DNA of 58,210 nucleotides from Candidatus Micrarchaeota archaeon (GTDB lineage: Archaea > Micrarchaeota > Micrarchaeia > Norongarragalinales > JACRGE01): NCBI GenBank assembly GCA_016212465.1, contig JACRGE010000017.1, forward strand, positions 1-58,210, read 5' to 3'. Numbering within the stretch: the first letter of the stretch is position 1; each line of letters starts with the position of its first letter. A program made the translations under genes and the position numbers. Positions 18,607 to 28,227 of the stretch are shown in pieces. The notes below the pieces were generated by a model. That model did not search any database, was not told where the DNA came from, and saw only the letters and a program-made list of their open reading frames with translations.

Positions 18607-19452
18607 TTACGCACGTTTTATCTCATCCAGCCGCTTTTCAAGATTTTCCTTCAACTTTTCAGCGATGAAGTGCTTCGTGTAGAAATCGGCTTTCGCTGCT
18701 ATGGCCAGCTTTGTAGACAATGCCCTCGCGATCTTCCCGCGTTCCTTGAATGGAGCAGTGCGGATGTAAGCGCTTTGGAAGATTATTCCGTGCTTGGGTG
18801 GCTTCGTTCCACTCCTCAAGTGCTTGAACAACGCCTTCTCGGCTCCGATTACTTGAACCGTTGAAGCAGGCATCTTTGCGAGCTTCTCAAGCCCGCCTGC
18901 AATCATGACCAAACGCGATGCGAGCGTTGGCTCGACGAGATAGCAGAGGTTCTTCAAATGCTTTGGAGCCTCTGCATTAATGTACTTCTCTATTCCCTTT
19001 CTGGCTTCAAAAATAGATAGCGCCTTCTTAGCTAATTGCTTGAGTGCTTCAACTTCCCCTTCCTCGAATGGAGCTCCATAGCTTGCCTTTGCTTTATCCA
19101 TCAATTCCCTGCCCTTCTTTTCTCCCACGATTTCAGCAAGCTTTTTTTCCTCAAGTGCTTCCTTGCACCCGAACTCTGCAATTATCTTGCAAGCAGACTC
19201 CTCGTTTTCAACTGAAAATTCCGGGAAGTTCAGCTTGAACCACTCGTCTATCCTCGTGTAAAGCAGTCCCTTGATTTCATCCAATTCATCCAGGCTCCTT
19301 ATGCCTTGAACAAGCATCAAATCCTTTCGCGAAAACGCCTCACGAACCTCTTTCTTCGCTTTCTCAAGCATGCGCCGTCTATCTACTCTGAATCCCTCTC
19401 TGCCTGTTCCTCTAGCTCCGCTCTTCCATCTGCTCCCCTTGAATCTCTTCAT
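18607..19452 (-). CDS. Nop5 (Nop56/58)-like C/D box sRNP protein lacking the N-terminal domain
   Basis: NOSIC/coiled-coil start LVQGIRSLDELDEIKGLLYTRIDEWFKLNFPEF and Nop domain GAEKALFKHLRSGTKPPKHGIIFQ...RGKIARALSTKLAIAAKAD. Start at the ATG behind a TTTAAAAAATA promoter-like element; the N-terminus is a ~40 aa Arg/Gly-rich segment. Confidence 0.8.
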   Translation of the reverse strand: MKRFKGSRWKSGARGTGREGFRVDRRRMLEKAKKEVREAFSRKDLMLVQGIRSLDELDEIKGLLYTRIDEWFKLNFPEFSVENEESACKIIAEFGCKEALEEKKLAEIVGEKKGRELMDKAKASYGAPFEEGEVEALKQLAKKALSIFEARKGIEKYINAEAPKHLKNLCYLVEPTLASRLVMIAGGLEKLAKMPASTVQVIGAEKALFKHLRSGTKPPKHGIIFQSAYIRTAPFKERGKIARALSTKLAIAAKADFYTKHFIAEKLKENLEKRLDEIKRA

Positions 19453-19569
19453 GCTACCACTTCCTTCACTATTTTTTAAACAGAACCCAATAGATTTAAA
19501 ACAGTGACTCAATAAATATGATAATAGTCAGTGGAAGTTATTAAATACCGTGGACCTACGAGGGTGCGC

Positions 19570-21165
19570 ATGTCTGAAAAAACTGAAAAAGAGCAGAAAA
19601 AAAAGGACGCGAAGAAAGGAGAGCTTGGCGGCAAGGCCGAGAAAGTCATCAACCTATGCCTGCGCCGGGGCATCCTGTTTCCAACTGGCGAGATTTATGG
19701 GAGTTTTGCTGGCTTCTTTGATTACGGGCCAGTTGGTGTGGAGATGGAAAGAAACCTGGAAGCGGCTTGGTGGAATCACTTTGTGCACTCTCGAGAAGAT
19801 GTGGTTGGAATTGATGGAGCCATAATAACTCATCCGACTGTCTGGAAGGCCTCCGGCCATTGTGACGCGTTCAACGATCCTCTGGTTGAATGCAGGAAAT
19901 GCAAGTCACGATTCAGGGCGGATCAATTAATTGAAGATGAGTTGAAGATCAGCGTTGACGGCATCACCTTAAAGCAATTGGATGAACTCATCAAGGAACA
20001 CAAGCTCGTTTGCCCAAAGTGCAGGAGCGAACTCTCTTCTTCAAAGGTATTCAACCTCATGTTCAAGACCCACATCGGAGCAGTTGAAGACGACTCTTCC
20101 TTGGCCTTTCTTCGACCCGAGACCGCCCAACTAATCTTCGTGGATTTCAAGACAGCCCAATTCGTTTCCCGAAAGCAATTGCCTTTCGGCATCGCCCAAA
20201 TCGGAAAGTCCTTCCGCAACGAGATCGCCCCACGCAACTTCGTCTTTCGCTCTCGCGAATTCAGCCAGATGGAGCTAGAGTTTTTCATCCACCCCACGAA
20301 AGTAAACAACTGCCCCTTTTTGAACAAACATGTGCTGGAAACTAAAATTAATGTTTGCACTGCAGAAATGCAGGCGAAAGGAGGAATGGGTGAAGTCGTG
20401 GAGATGAGTGTGAAAGAATTGGTTGAAAAAAACATTGTTAAAACCAAGTGGCACGCGTATTGGATTGTAGAAAGCCTGAACTGGTTTCACTCCCTCGGAA
20501 TCCACCCAGAGAACCTTCGCATACGCGAGCACTTGAAGGAGGAGTTGTCCCATTATTCAAGCGAGACGTGGGACGTTGAATACAATTACCCGTGGGGCTG
20601 GAAGGAACTGGAGGGCATCGCCAACCGAGGGGATTTTGACTTGAAGCAGCACGCAAAGTTCAGTGGAAAAGACCTCAGCTACTTTGATGCAGAGAAAGGG
20701 GAGCGCGTTACTCCCATTGTGATAGAGCCCTCATGGGGTCTTGAACGAACTCTGTTCACCCTTCTTTTGGACGCGTTTGAGGAAAAGGTTGAGAATGGAA
20801 AAGCAAAGCTTGTGCTGAGGCTGCATCCAACGATTGCTCCAGTCAGGGTTGGGGTGTTTCCACTCATGAAGAAAGACGGGCTGGCAGAAAAGGCGAGGGA
20901 GGTCTGTGAATCCCTCAAAAAAGAGTTCGCGTGCGAATACGATGAGGCCGGCAGCATAGGGAAACGCTACGCGAGAATGGATGAAATAGGAACTCCGTAT
21001 TGCGTAACAATTGACTACGATTCGCTGGAAAAAAACACCCTTACGCTCAGGGAAAGGGACTCAGCGAAACAAGTCGTGCTTCCTGTGAAAGCATTGAAGG
21101 AAACTCTTCAAAAACTTTTCAGTGGCTCAATTTCTTTTTCTGAGGCGGGAAAGCCCGTAACCTAG
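19570..21165 (+). CDS. glyS: Glycyl-tRNA synthetase (archaeal/eukaryotic dimeric type)
   Basis: RRGILFPTGEIYGS, class II motif 2 FRNEIAPRNFVFRSREFSQMELEFF, and a C-terminal anticodon-binding domain. Start at the ATG after AGGGTG. Confidence 0.9.
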   Translation: MSEKTEKEQKKKDAKKGELGGKAEKVINLCLRRGILFPTGEIYGSFAGFFDYGPVGVEMERNLEAAWWNHFVHSREDVVGIDGAIITHPTVWKASGHCDAFNDPLVECRKCKSRFRADQLIEDELKISVDGITLKQLDELIKEHKLVCPKCRSELSSSKVFNLMFKTHIGAVEDDSSLAFLRPETAQLIFVDFKTAQFVSRKQLPFGIAQIGKSFRNEIAPRNFVFRSREFSQMELEFFIHPTKVNNCPFLNKHVLETKINVCTAEMQAKGGMGEVVEMSVKELVEKNIVKTKWHAYWIVESLNWFHSLGIHPENLRIREHLKEELSHYSSETWDVEYNYPWGWKELEGIANRGDFDLKQHAKFSGKDLSYFDAEKGERVTPIVIEPSWGLERTLFTLLLDAFEEKVENGKAKLVLRLHPTIAPVRVGVFPLMKKDGLAEKAREVCESLKKEFACEYDEAGSIGKRYARMDEIGTPYCVTIDYDSLEKNTLTLRERDSAKQVVLPVKALKETLQKLFSGSISFSEAGKPVT

Positions 21166-21200
21166 TTTTGTGGAAAACCAGTTTTAGAACATGTTTTAAA

Positions 21201-22292
21201 ATGGCCGTGCATAACCCTTTCATGGAAAAAATGGGTTTCGAGAAGAGCCTGCAGGACGGATTCAATTTTGCTGCAGACCCGAAGCGAATCCTCTATTATT
21301 TGGGCTTGCATTTTCTTTTCCTGTGTGTTGCTGGATTTTTTTTCCTGTTGGTTTCCTTGCTTGTTTTTTCCAGCATTTTTGAGAGCCTGCAGAGCTTTGA
21401 TCCATCAGTTTTGCTCAAGCTTATTTCAGGTGTTTTTCTCTTGCTTGTTTTGGTTATCGTATTCGTAGTAGCTTTAATTGTTTTTTCCATCCTCGTCACT
21501 GCGGCGTTCATTGACTCTGCGAGGGATTTTTTAGAGGGCCGGCCATTTAATTTGAGAAAGAGCCTTGGTGTGGCATGGAGCAAGACGCTTTCCCTGCTTT
21601 TCGCCTCTTTTCTGGTTTTTTTGCTAATCTGTTTGGCTTTTCTCCTGGTGTTCCTGGGCTTTTTGACAAAAAACATTGTATTGTTTATAGTGCTCCTCGT
21701 CTTTTCTATTTTATTCATTTTGTTTATTTCCCTGGGTTTTGCATTTGTTTCATATTATATCCTCATAGGCGACACGGGAGTGGTGGAGGGAGTCCAGGCC
21801 AGCTTCAACTTGTTTAAGGGCAATCCCTTGACTGTTTTCGTTGTCTGCATGCTAGTTGGGATTTCCTCCTACGTTATTGCATTGGTTGGCTCGATTCCCT
21901 ACAACTTCCTGTCTAACTTAGCACTAGCCGCATCCTTTTCCCCGCTTTACTTCTATATTCCACTTTTTTTGTTCGCTGGCCTCATTTATGCGGTCGTCTA
22001 TGCATTCAACAGCCTCTTCTGCATCGGTTTCATGACCAGTGCCTTTCTCCAATTGGCCTCTCCCCCTCATCAGCCCATGACAGCCCAGCCCGCTACTCAA
22101 CTCCTGCCGCAATCTCCTGCTGCTTCCCTCGAGCTTGCTTCAAAACCATTCGTTCCGCTTCCCTTGCCTGCAATAGAAGCCGCACAACCTGAAGCAAAAC
22201 CACTTGCAAAAAGGAGGGCCTTTGCTTTTAGGCGGAAAGCGCTTGACAGAAAACAGCCTGCAAAAAAGCCACTGCAAAGAAGCAAGAGATAG
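21201..22292 (+). CDS. Polytopic membrane protein, unknown function, with a Pro/Ala-rich basic tail
   Basis: At least 6 hydrophobic helices. The C-terminal ~80 aa are rich in P/A/Q and end KKPLQRSKR. No family recognised. Confidence 0.5.
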   Translation: MAVHNPFMEKMGFEKSLQDGFNFAADPKRILYYLGLHFLFLCVAGFFFLLVSLLVFSSIFESLQSFDPSVLLKLISGVFLLLVLVIVFVVALIVFSILVTAAFIDSARDFLEGRPFNLRKSLGVAWSKTLSLLFASFLVFLLICLAFLLVFLGFLTKNIVLFIVLLVFSILFILFISLGFAFVSYYILIGDTGVVEGVQASFNLFKGNPLTVFVVCMLVGISSYVIALVGSIPYNFLSNLALAASFSPLYFYIPLFLFAGLIYAVVYAFNSLFCIGFMTSAFLQLASPPHQPMTAQPATQLLPQSPAASLELASKPFVPLPLPAIEAAQPEAKPLAKRRAFAFRRKALDRKQPAKKPLQRSKR

Positions 22293-22319
22293 GTTCTCTG
22301 AGTTGGCTTCTTGTTATAC

Positions 22320-23558
22320 TTATTCCTTCACGTGCCGGAACACCTTCAAGAGACTGCCGCCCGCAAGAAACAGTGATGCCGCCACCATTGAAGCAGCTGC
22401 CCCAGCCAAGCTGTACCTTGGAACCAATGTATTAAGCAAGACGAAATAAATGCCCAGGCTTGCCCCAAGTATAAACAATGGAAAAACCTCTTGGTTCTGG
22501 GACCACATGACCGTAAGCAGAAGCTGGAAGACGCCCATGAACAGCATCCCAAATGAGAGAATGAAGAAAGGCGTGGCAGCAGGCAGGTATTTTTCTGTAT
22601 AGAATGTGGTGATCACGAATTGCGGGAAAAATACGAAGACGACGAATACCGGAATCAGGAAGAGAATGGACTTGCCCAACAACTCTTTTATCCTCTGCTT
22701 GTTCTTTGCGTAACTCATTTTCGATGTCTTGGGGAACAGGACGATCGCTACACCCCCTGCAATAAAGAAGACCACCTTGGCCGTAATGGACGCCACGTTA
22801 TAGTACCCCGCGTTTTCAGAGCCCAGGTAATACCCCACTGAAAACAAGTCAAGATAAAGGAAAATCGCGAAAAGCACGTTGGCTGCCAAGATGAGGAAAA
22901 AAGATTTCTTGAAGCTTATCCCTTGCTCCTCCTCTTTCTTTCCCCACAAAAGAAAGAGTATTGGAAAGATGACCACCAGGCTCCCTAAAGGAATCGCAGC
23001 AAGCGCACCAAACAATCCCAATCCCTGGTCTTTCAATAGCAGTACGATTACGACGGCGAAAACCAGTTTGAACAAGGGGCTCGCTGTGTTTATCACTGAG
23101 AGCTTGCCTATCCTCTCCCTTCCCTGGAAATATGATGAAACAATCCCTGAAAGGTATGTGGCTAACACCGAAAACCCAAGAATGAGTAGGCATGCGGCCA
23201 AACTCACTTTTTTTGGCAGGAGTAAAAAAACCGTGGCTGTCGCGATGAGTGTGGCCACAAGGAAGACAGCAACATTCTTGTGGAAGAGGAATCTTTTGAT
23301 TACATGATTTATTTTCTCTTCCTTTCCCACTGCATCCAGCTTCGCTACCTCTCTCGTCAGTATTGCAGACAAGGTTGCGATAGGCACAGTTACTATAGTC
23401 AGTATCCCAAGCAGTATGCCTAATTCACCGTATTCCCCTGGGGAAAGGAGGCGCGTGACCGCAAAGTGATACAAATAACCCAGGCCCATGCTGGCGACCA
23501 TACCTGTAACTGCTACCAGCGTCAGCCAGTAAGTGCTTTTCCTTATTCTGTCCAACAT
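22320..23558 (-). CDS. Oligosaccharide flippase (Wzx/MOP-superfamily polysaccharide biosynthesis protein)
   Basis: About 12-14 TM helices with typical Wzx-like architecture, at the edge of the glycan island. Start at the first ATG; the track ORF begins at TTG 23606. Confidence 0.65.
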   Translation of the reverse strand: MLDRIRKSTYWLTLVAVTGMVASMGLGYLYHFAVTRLLSPGEYGELGILLGILTIVTVPIATLSAILTREVAKLDAVGKEEKINHVIKRFLFHKNVAVFLVATLIATATVFLLLPKKVSLAACLLILGFSVLATYLSGIVSSYFQGRERIGKLSVINTASPLFKLVFAVVIVLLLKDQGLGLFGALAAIPLGSLVVIFPILFLLWGKKEEEQGISFKKSFFLILAANVLFAIFLYLDLFSVGYYLGSENAGYYNVASITAKVVFFIAGGVAIVLFPKTSKMSYAKNKQRIKELLGKSILFLIPVFVVFVFFPQFVITTFYTEKYLPAATPFFILSFGMLFMGVFQLLLTVMWSQNQEVFPLFILGASLGIYFVLLNTLVPRYSLAGAAASMVAASLFLAGGSLLKVFRHVKE

Positions 23559-23759
23559 GTGTTCAACTCTCTTGAAGCGGCTATGAAGCCGAGCTAATTC
23601 TTTCAAACGCTTTGCGAAAACCCAACGGTCTGAGAATAGAGTAAGTGCCTAACTATTTCTCTTACGCGATGGTATTATATTTTTTTAGTCAATTACTTTC
23701 TTAGTGTTTTTAAATCGTTTTATGCCTTCCTTTTCGGATGGTTTTTTGTGGGTGCAGCA

Positions 23760-24515
23760 ATGAACATGCTCAGCGTAGTCATTCCCGCCTATAGGAAAGA
23801 GCATTCCATCAGGCTTGTGCTCAAAGAAGCCTCTGATACACTGAAGGCCTTTGAAATGCCTTACGAAATAATCGTAGTGGACGACGGCTCGCCCGACAAT
23901 ACGCTCGCTGAAGCAAAGAAACACGCCAAAAAACACCCAAACATTCGAGTTGTTTCCTACGAAAAAAACAAGGGGAAAGGAAACGCCCTCATGCACGGGT
24001 TCAACTTCACTAGAGGTGACCTAGTTGCATTCCTGGACGCTGACCTCGACCTCCATCCAAAGCAATTGAGGGTATTCATGAACCTCATGGATGCCTTGAA
24101 CGCTGATGTCATCATTGGCTCCAAACGACACTCTCTTTCCAAGGTCAATTACCCTGCAACTCGCAAGGCATTAAGCAGATGCTATCAGCTCCTCACTCGC
24201 TTGCTTTTCGGCCTTCCCTTGACAGACACCCAAACAGGGATAAAGTTGTTTAAAAGAAGAGTATTGGAGGACTCTCTTCCTTTGCTGCTCGTGAAGCAGT
24301 ATGCATTCGACCTAGAACTCTTGGCAGTCGCACACCACAAAGGCTATAGAATAGCTGAAGGACCGGTTGAGATGAGTTACACCCAATTCGGGAGCACGGT
24401 GAACCCCCGCGCGGTATTCAACATGTTCCTTGACACGTGCGCGGTCTTCTATAGGATGCACATCCTGAAATACTACGACAGGTTGCAGGGGGACGTGGGA
24501 AGAATAAGTGAGTGA
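23760..24515 (+). CDS. GT2 glycosyltransferase (dolichyl-phosphate hexose synthase-like)
   Basis: SVVIPAYRKE...VVDDGSPDNT...FLDADLD. About 250 aa, Dpm1/AglJ-like in size. Confidence 0.8.
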   Translation: MNMLSVVIPAYRKEHSIRLVLKEASDTLKAFEMPYEIIVVDDGSPDNTLAEAKKHAKKHPNIRVVSYEKNKGKGNALMHGFNFTRGDLVAFLDADLDLHPKQLRVFMNLMDALNADVIIGSKRHSLSKVNYPATRKALSRCYQLLTRLLFGLPLTDTQTGIKLFKRRVLEDSLPLLLVKQYAFDLELLAVAHHKGYRIAEGPVEMSYTQFGSTVNPRAVFNMFLDTCAVFYRMHILKYYDRLQGDVGRISE

Positions 24516-24619
24516 ATCATTTTAATTGTAAAAAACGATGAAATATTGACTACGTGAATCTGACGAAAAGTTCAAGTTGGAATTGATTTTTTATGAGTTA
24601 GTTTGTTACTGGTGATCAA

Positions 24620-25933
24620 ATGAAGTTGACTATAATTGGGGCCGGTTACGTTGGATTAGTTTCAGGCGTCGGCTATTCCTCCCTCGGCAACGAAGTCACT
24701 TGCATTGATGTTGATGAAAACAAAGTCCGCATGATCGCAGCAGGAGTTCCCCCCATCTACGAACAAGGCCTTGAGGAAGCATTGAGTAAAGTATTGAAAG
24801 AAAAAAAGCTTTCCGCAACCACCGCCTATTCCTCTATTTCTTCAGCTGACTTGGTTTTCATTTGCGTGGGCACACCAAGCCGTTCAGACGGTTCCATCGA
24901 CTTAAAGTACGTGGAGTCCGCTGCAGAGCAGGTTGGAAATGAGTTAAGGAATTCGGAAAAATTCGTTTCAATAGTTGTGCGCAGCACAGTCATTCCAGGC
25001 ACCGCGTTGAACGTCAGCAAAATAATCGAAGGTGTTTCAGGAAAAAAGCACGGAAGGGATTTCGGTATTGGGATGGTGCCTGAGTTCTTGAAGGAAGGAA
25101 CTGCCCTTGAGGATTTCATGAATCCAGACCGAATAGTGATGGGTGCTGAAGACGAGAAAACCAAAGAGCTCTTGGAAGAGCTTCACAAGGGATTCAACTG
25201 CCCTAAGATACATACAGATTCCAAGACTGCCGAGATGGTTAAGTATGCAAGCAACACGTTTCTCCTTACTAAAATATCTTTTGTCAATGAGTTGGCAAAC
25301 TTTTGCGAGAGAATTGGGGTTGATGCGAAGGAAGTGACTGTTGCAATGGGTTTGGACAGAAGAATCTCTCCTCACTTCCTTAATTTCGGTGCAGGGGCAG
25401 GCGGCTCTTGTTTTCCAAAGGACGTGAAAGCAATCATGGCCTTCGAGAAATCCATGGGCTTTCAGCCGAGAATACTTGAAGTAGTTTGGGAAACGAATGT
25501 GAAGCAACCACTGAGAATGACTGAGTTAGCTGAAGCGGCATTGGGAAAAGGAAACTTGGATGGAAAGAAGGTTTGCGTACTTGGACTCGCATTCAAAGCT
25601 GATACCGACGACATGCGTGAAGCTGCTTCAATTCCCATTATCAAGGAACTCCAGAAGAGAGACTGTAAAATAGCGGCGTATGACCCCAAGGCGATGGAGA
25701 ATGCCAAAAAGATTTTTCCAGACATTTCTTATGCGGCATCCTTCGAGGATGCGTTGCGAGGGGCAGAGGTTTGCTTCATCGTGACCGAGTGGAAGGAATT
25801 CAAGCGACCTCCCCCTGAATTTAAAAGATTGATGAAATCCCCTATTGTAATAGACGGCAGAAGGGTTCTGGACCCCTTGGAAGCGAAGAAAACTGGATTA
25901 GTTTATAAGGGCATCGGCTACGGGAAAAAGTAA
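24620..25933 (+). CDS. ugd: UDP-glucose 6-dehydrogenase
   Basis: MKLTIIGAGYVGLVSG and catalytic Cys block GAGGSCFPKDV. Typical length of about 437 aa. Confidence 0.85.
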   Translation: MKLTIIGAGYVGLVSGVGYSSLGNEVTCIDVDENKVRMIAAGVPPIYEQGLEEALSKVLKEKKLSATTAYSSISSADLVFICVGTPSRSDGSIDLKYVESAAEQVGNELRNSEKFVSIVVRSTVIPGTALNVSKIIEGVSGKKHGRDFGIGMVPEFLKEGTALEDFMNPDRIVMGAEDEKTKELLEELHKGFNCPKIHTDSKTAEMVKYASNTFLLTKISFVNELANFCERIGVDAKEVTVAMGLDRRISPHFLNFGAGAGGSCFPKDVKAIMAFEKSMGFQPRILEVVWETNVKQPLRMTELAEAALGKGNLDGKKVCVLGLAFKADTDDMREAASIPIIKELQKRDCKIAAYDPKAMENAKKIFPDISYAASFEDALRGAEVCFIVTEWKEFKRPPPEFKRLMKSPIVIDGRRVLDPLEAKKTGLVYKGIGYGKK

Positions 25934-26132
25934 TTATCGTTTAAAAAATATTATATCTCTGGGGGTTGTCTAAAAAACGGGTTTTTCTGTGGGTGGCTTT
26001 GTTGTTTTTCATTTGAGGGCATGTATTTACGAGGAAATAAAACAAAAAACTCTATAAACCACACGCCAATCAATGAAATTATGAGACGTTGTATGGAATC
26101 ATTAGATAACTCGCATCTAGGAAGTGGGTTGA

Positions 26133-26522
26133 ATGGAAAAAACTGAAAAAAATGATTTGAGCTCCCCTCTTTTCCAGGATTTCAGGGGTGAAATAAGGAG
26201 ATTTGAAATCCATGGAACCAAATTTAATGTATTATTTACAAAAGCCGGGTATTTCCGTTCCGGCGACTATCATCCTGTAACCCAATATGATTTAATGCTA
26301 AAAGGAGAAGTTGAAATAACGATGAGGCAGAATGACGACGATGTGGTGATAAAAAAGGGTCCAAATGAACTAATAGTCCTTCCGCCAGGAATCCCGCATT
26401 TATTCAAGGCATTGACAGACACCGTAATGATCGAGTGGTGGGACGGTCCTTTTCGAGCAGAGTATTACGCTCCTTACAGAAAATTTGTTGAAGAGCAATC
26501 CAAGAAAGGTGAATTGGAATGA
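26133..26522 (+). CDS. Cupin-fold protein (RmlC/WxcM-like sugar epimerase/isomerase superfamily)
   Basis: Small beta-barrel-like sequence FQDFRGEIRRFE...PPGIPHLFKAL. 4-nt overlap with the downstream nucleotidyltransferase gene. Confidence 0.45.
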   Translation: MEKTEKNDLSSPLFQDFRGEIRRFEIHGTKFNVLFTKAGYFRSGDYHPVTQYDLMLKGEVEITMRQNDDDVVIKKGPNELIVLPPGIPHLFKALTDTVMIEWWDGPFRAEYYAPYRKFVEEQSKKGELE

Positions 26523-27253
26523 AGGCAATCATTTTGGCAGCTGGTCCAGGAACGAGGCTCCGCCCCCTGACGTATGCGATTCCAAAGCCCCTGCTCCCAG
26601 TGGGAGGAAGACCGGTAATTGATTACGTTATAGACAATCTTCTCACTTGCAAGGAAGTGGACACGATTTATGTTGCAGTGTCGCACATGAAGGAAGTGAT
26701 TGAAAACTATTTGAGGCACACGCCCCGTGATCATGTGAAGGTAGAGACCATCAACACACTATGCTGGGAAACTGGCGGCGACATGAAGACCATTTACATG
26801 GAAAAGGGGTTGAACGAACCAATAATCGTGGCATACGGCGACAACGTAACGAAAATCGATGTTGGAAAATTAGTGGAGTTTCACCGCAAAACGGGTTTGG
26901 ACGCTACTGTAGCGTTGTTCAAGGTTCCTTGGGAGGACGTAGAGCGGTTCGGAGTAGTCCACCTTGAAGGAGACAAGATAACCGAATTCGTTGAAAAACC
27001 TCCTCTTGAAAAAGCTCCATCAAATTTAGCTAACGCCGGCTACTATATACTAGAGCCTTCGGCAGTGGATGCAATTCCTTTGAGACGAATCAAGACGGAG
27101 TCTGAAGTGTTTCCGCTTCTTGCAAAAGAAGGGCGGATAGCGGGGTACGTGTTTGACGTCAACCTGTGGATTGACATCGGTACCACTCACTCCTACAGAC
27201 TTGCTAACAAGCTGGTTGAAAAAATCCTTCCACCTGAAAAAACTGGCCCTTGA
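26519..27253 (+). CDS. Sugar-1-phosphate nucleotidylyltransferase (RmlA/GlmU-N-like)
   Basis: MKAIILAAGPGTRLRPLTYAIPKPLLPV is the canonical G-x-G-T-R-L-x-P-L-T motif. Confidence 0.8.
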   Translation: MKAIILAAGPGTRLRPLTYAIPKPLLPVGGRPVIDYVIDNLLTCKEVDTIYVAVSHMKEVIENYLRHTPRDHVKVETINTLCWETGGDMKTIYMEKGLNEPIIVAYGDNVTKIDVGKLVEFHRKTGLDATVALFKVPWEDVERFGVVHLEGDKITEFVEKPPLEKAPSNLANAGYYILEPSAVDAIPLRRIKTESEVFPLLAKEGRIAGYVFDVNLWIDIGTTHSYRLANKLVEKILPPEKTGP

Positions 27254-27270
27254 GTTCATGATGTGATTGA

Positions 27271-28221
27271 TTGAAAACGGTTTTGGTTGCAGGCGGCGCT
27301 GGATTCATCGGCTCCAATCTCTGCGAAAGGCTGTTGAAGGAAGGAGAGAAAGTAATCTGCGTAGACAACCTAATCACGAGCAGCGAACGCAATATCATGG
27401 CATTAACGGAAAATGCTTTATTTAATTTCGTTAAAGCCGATGTGACGCAACCACTTCAACTCAATGGAAAAATTGATCAAATTTATCATCTGGCTTCTCC
27501 TGCTTCTCCACCAGACTACCAGCGGCTTCAAATAGAAACTCTTTTAGTGAACTCTCTTGGGACCTTGAGCCTATTGAACCTCGCCATCCAAAAAAATGCA
27601 CGTTTTCTTTTCACATCTACTTCCGAGGTATACGGGGACCCATTGGAGCATCCACAGAAGGAAACTTATTGGGGCAATGTGAATCCGATAGGAATCCGCA
27701 GCTGTTACGATGAAGCAAAGCGGTTTGGGGAAGCCTTGGTGATGGCCTTCGTCAGGCAAAAAGGCGTTGATGCGCGAATAGTGAGGATCTTCAATACCTA
27801 TGGTCCAAACATGCGGTCCGATGATGGAAGAGTAGTCTCCAACTTCATCAACCAAGCAATTAGAAATGAGTCAATCACGGTTTACGGAAGTGGTAAGCAG
27901 ACAAGAAGCTTTTGCTTCGTTTCCGACATGGTGGATGGCTTGGTTAAGGCAATGGATTCTGAAGAGGTAAGGGGTGAAGTAATCAACCTGGGCAATCCCC
28001 AGGAGAGAGCTGTGGTGGAGTTTGCTGAAACAATAAAATCCCTCACGCACTCAAGGTCTGAAATCGTTTTTCACCCCCTGCCGAAAGACGACCCAGAGAA
28101 AAGAAAGCCAGATATTTCAAAGGCAAGAGCGTTCTTGGACTGGGAGCCGAAAGTAGACTTTGAAGAAGGAATGCGGAAAACAATCGAGTATTACAGGCAA
28201 CTGATGCTCTCTGAGGCGTGA
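27271..28221 (+). CDS. uxs: UDP-glucuronate decarboxylase (UDP-xylose synthase)
   Basis: Collinear with UXS1 as I recall it: GGAGFIGSNL, QIYHLASPASPPDY, TSTSEVYGDPLEHPQKETYWGNVNPIG, YDEAKR, DGRVVSNFINQA, DDPEKRKPDISKA. TTG start. Confidence 0.85.
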   Translation: MKTVLVAGGAGFIGSNLCERLLKEGEKVICVDNLITSSERNIMALTENALFNFVKADVTQPLQLNGKIDQIYHLASPASPPDYQRLQIETLLVNSLGTLSLLNLAIQKNARFLFTSTSEVYGDPLEHPQKETYWGNVNPIGIRSCYDEAKRFGEALVMAFVRQKGVDARIVRIFNTYGPNMRSDDGRVVSNFINQAIRNESITVYGSGKQTRSFCFVSDMVDGLVKAMDSEEVRGEVINLGNPQERAVVEFAETIKSLTHSRSEIVFHPLPKDDPEKRKPDISKARAFLDWEPKVDFEEGMRKTIEYYRQLMLSEA

Positions 28222-28227
28222 TGAAAA

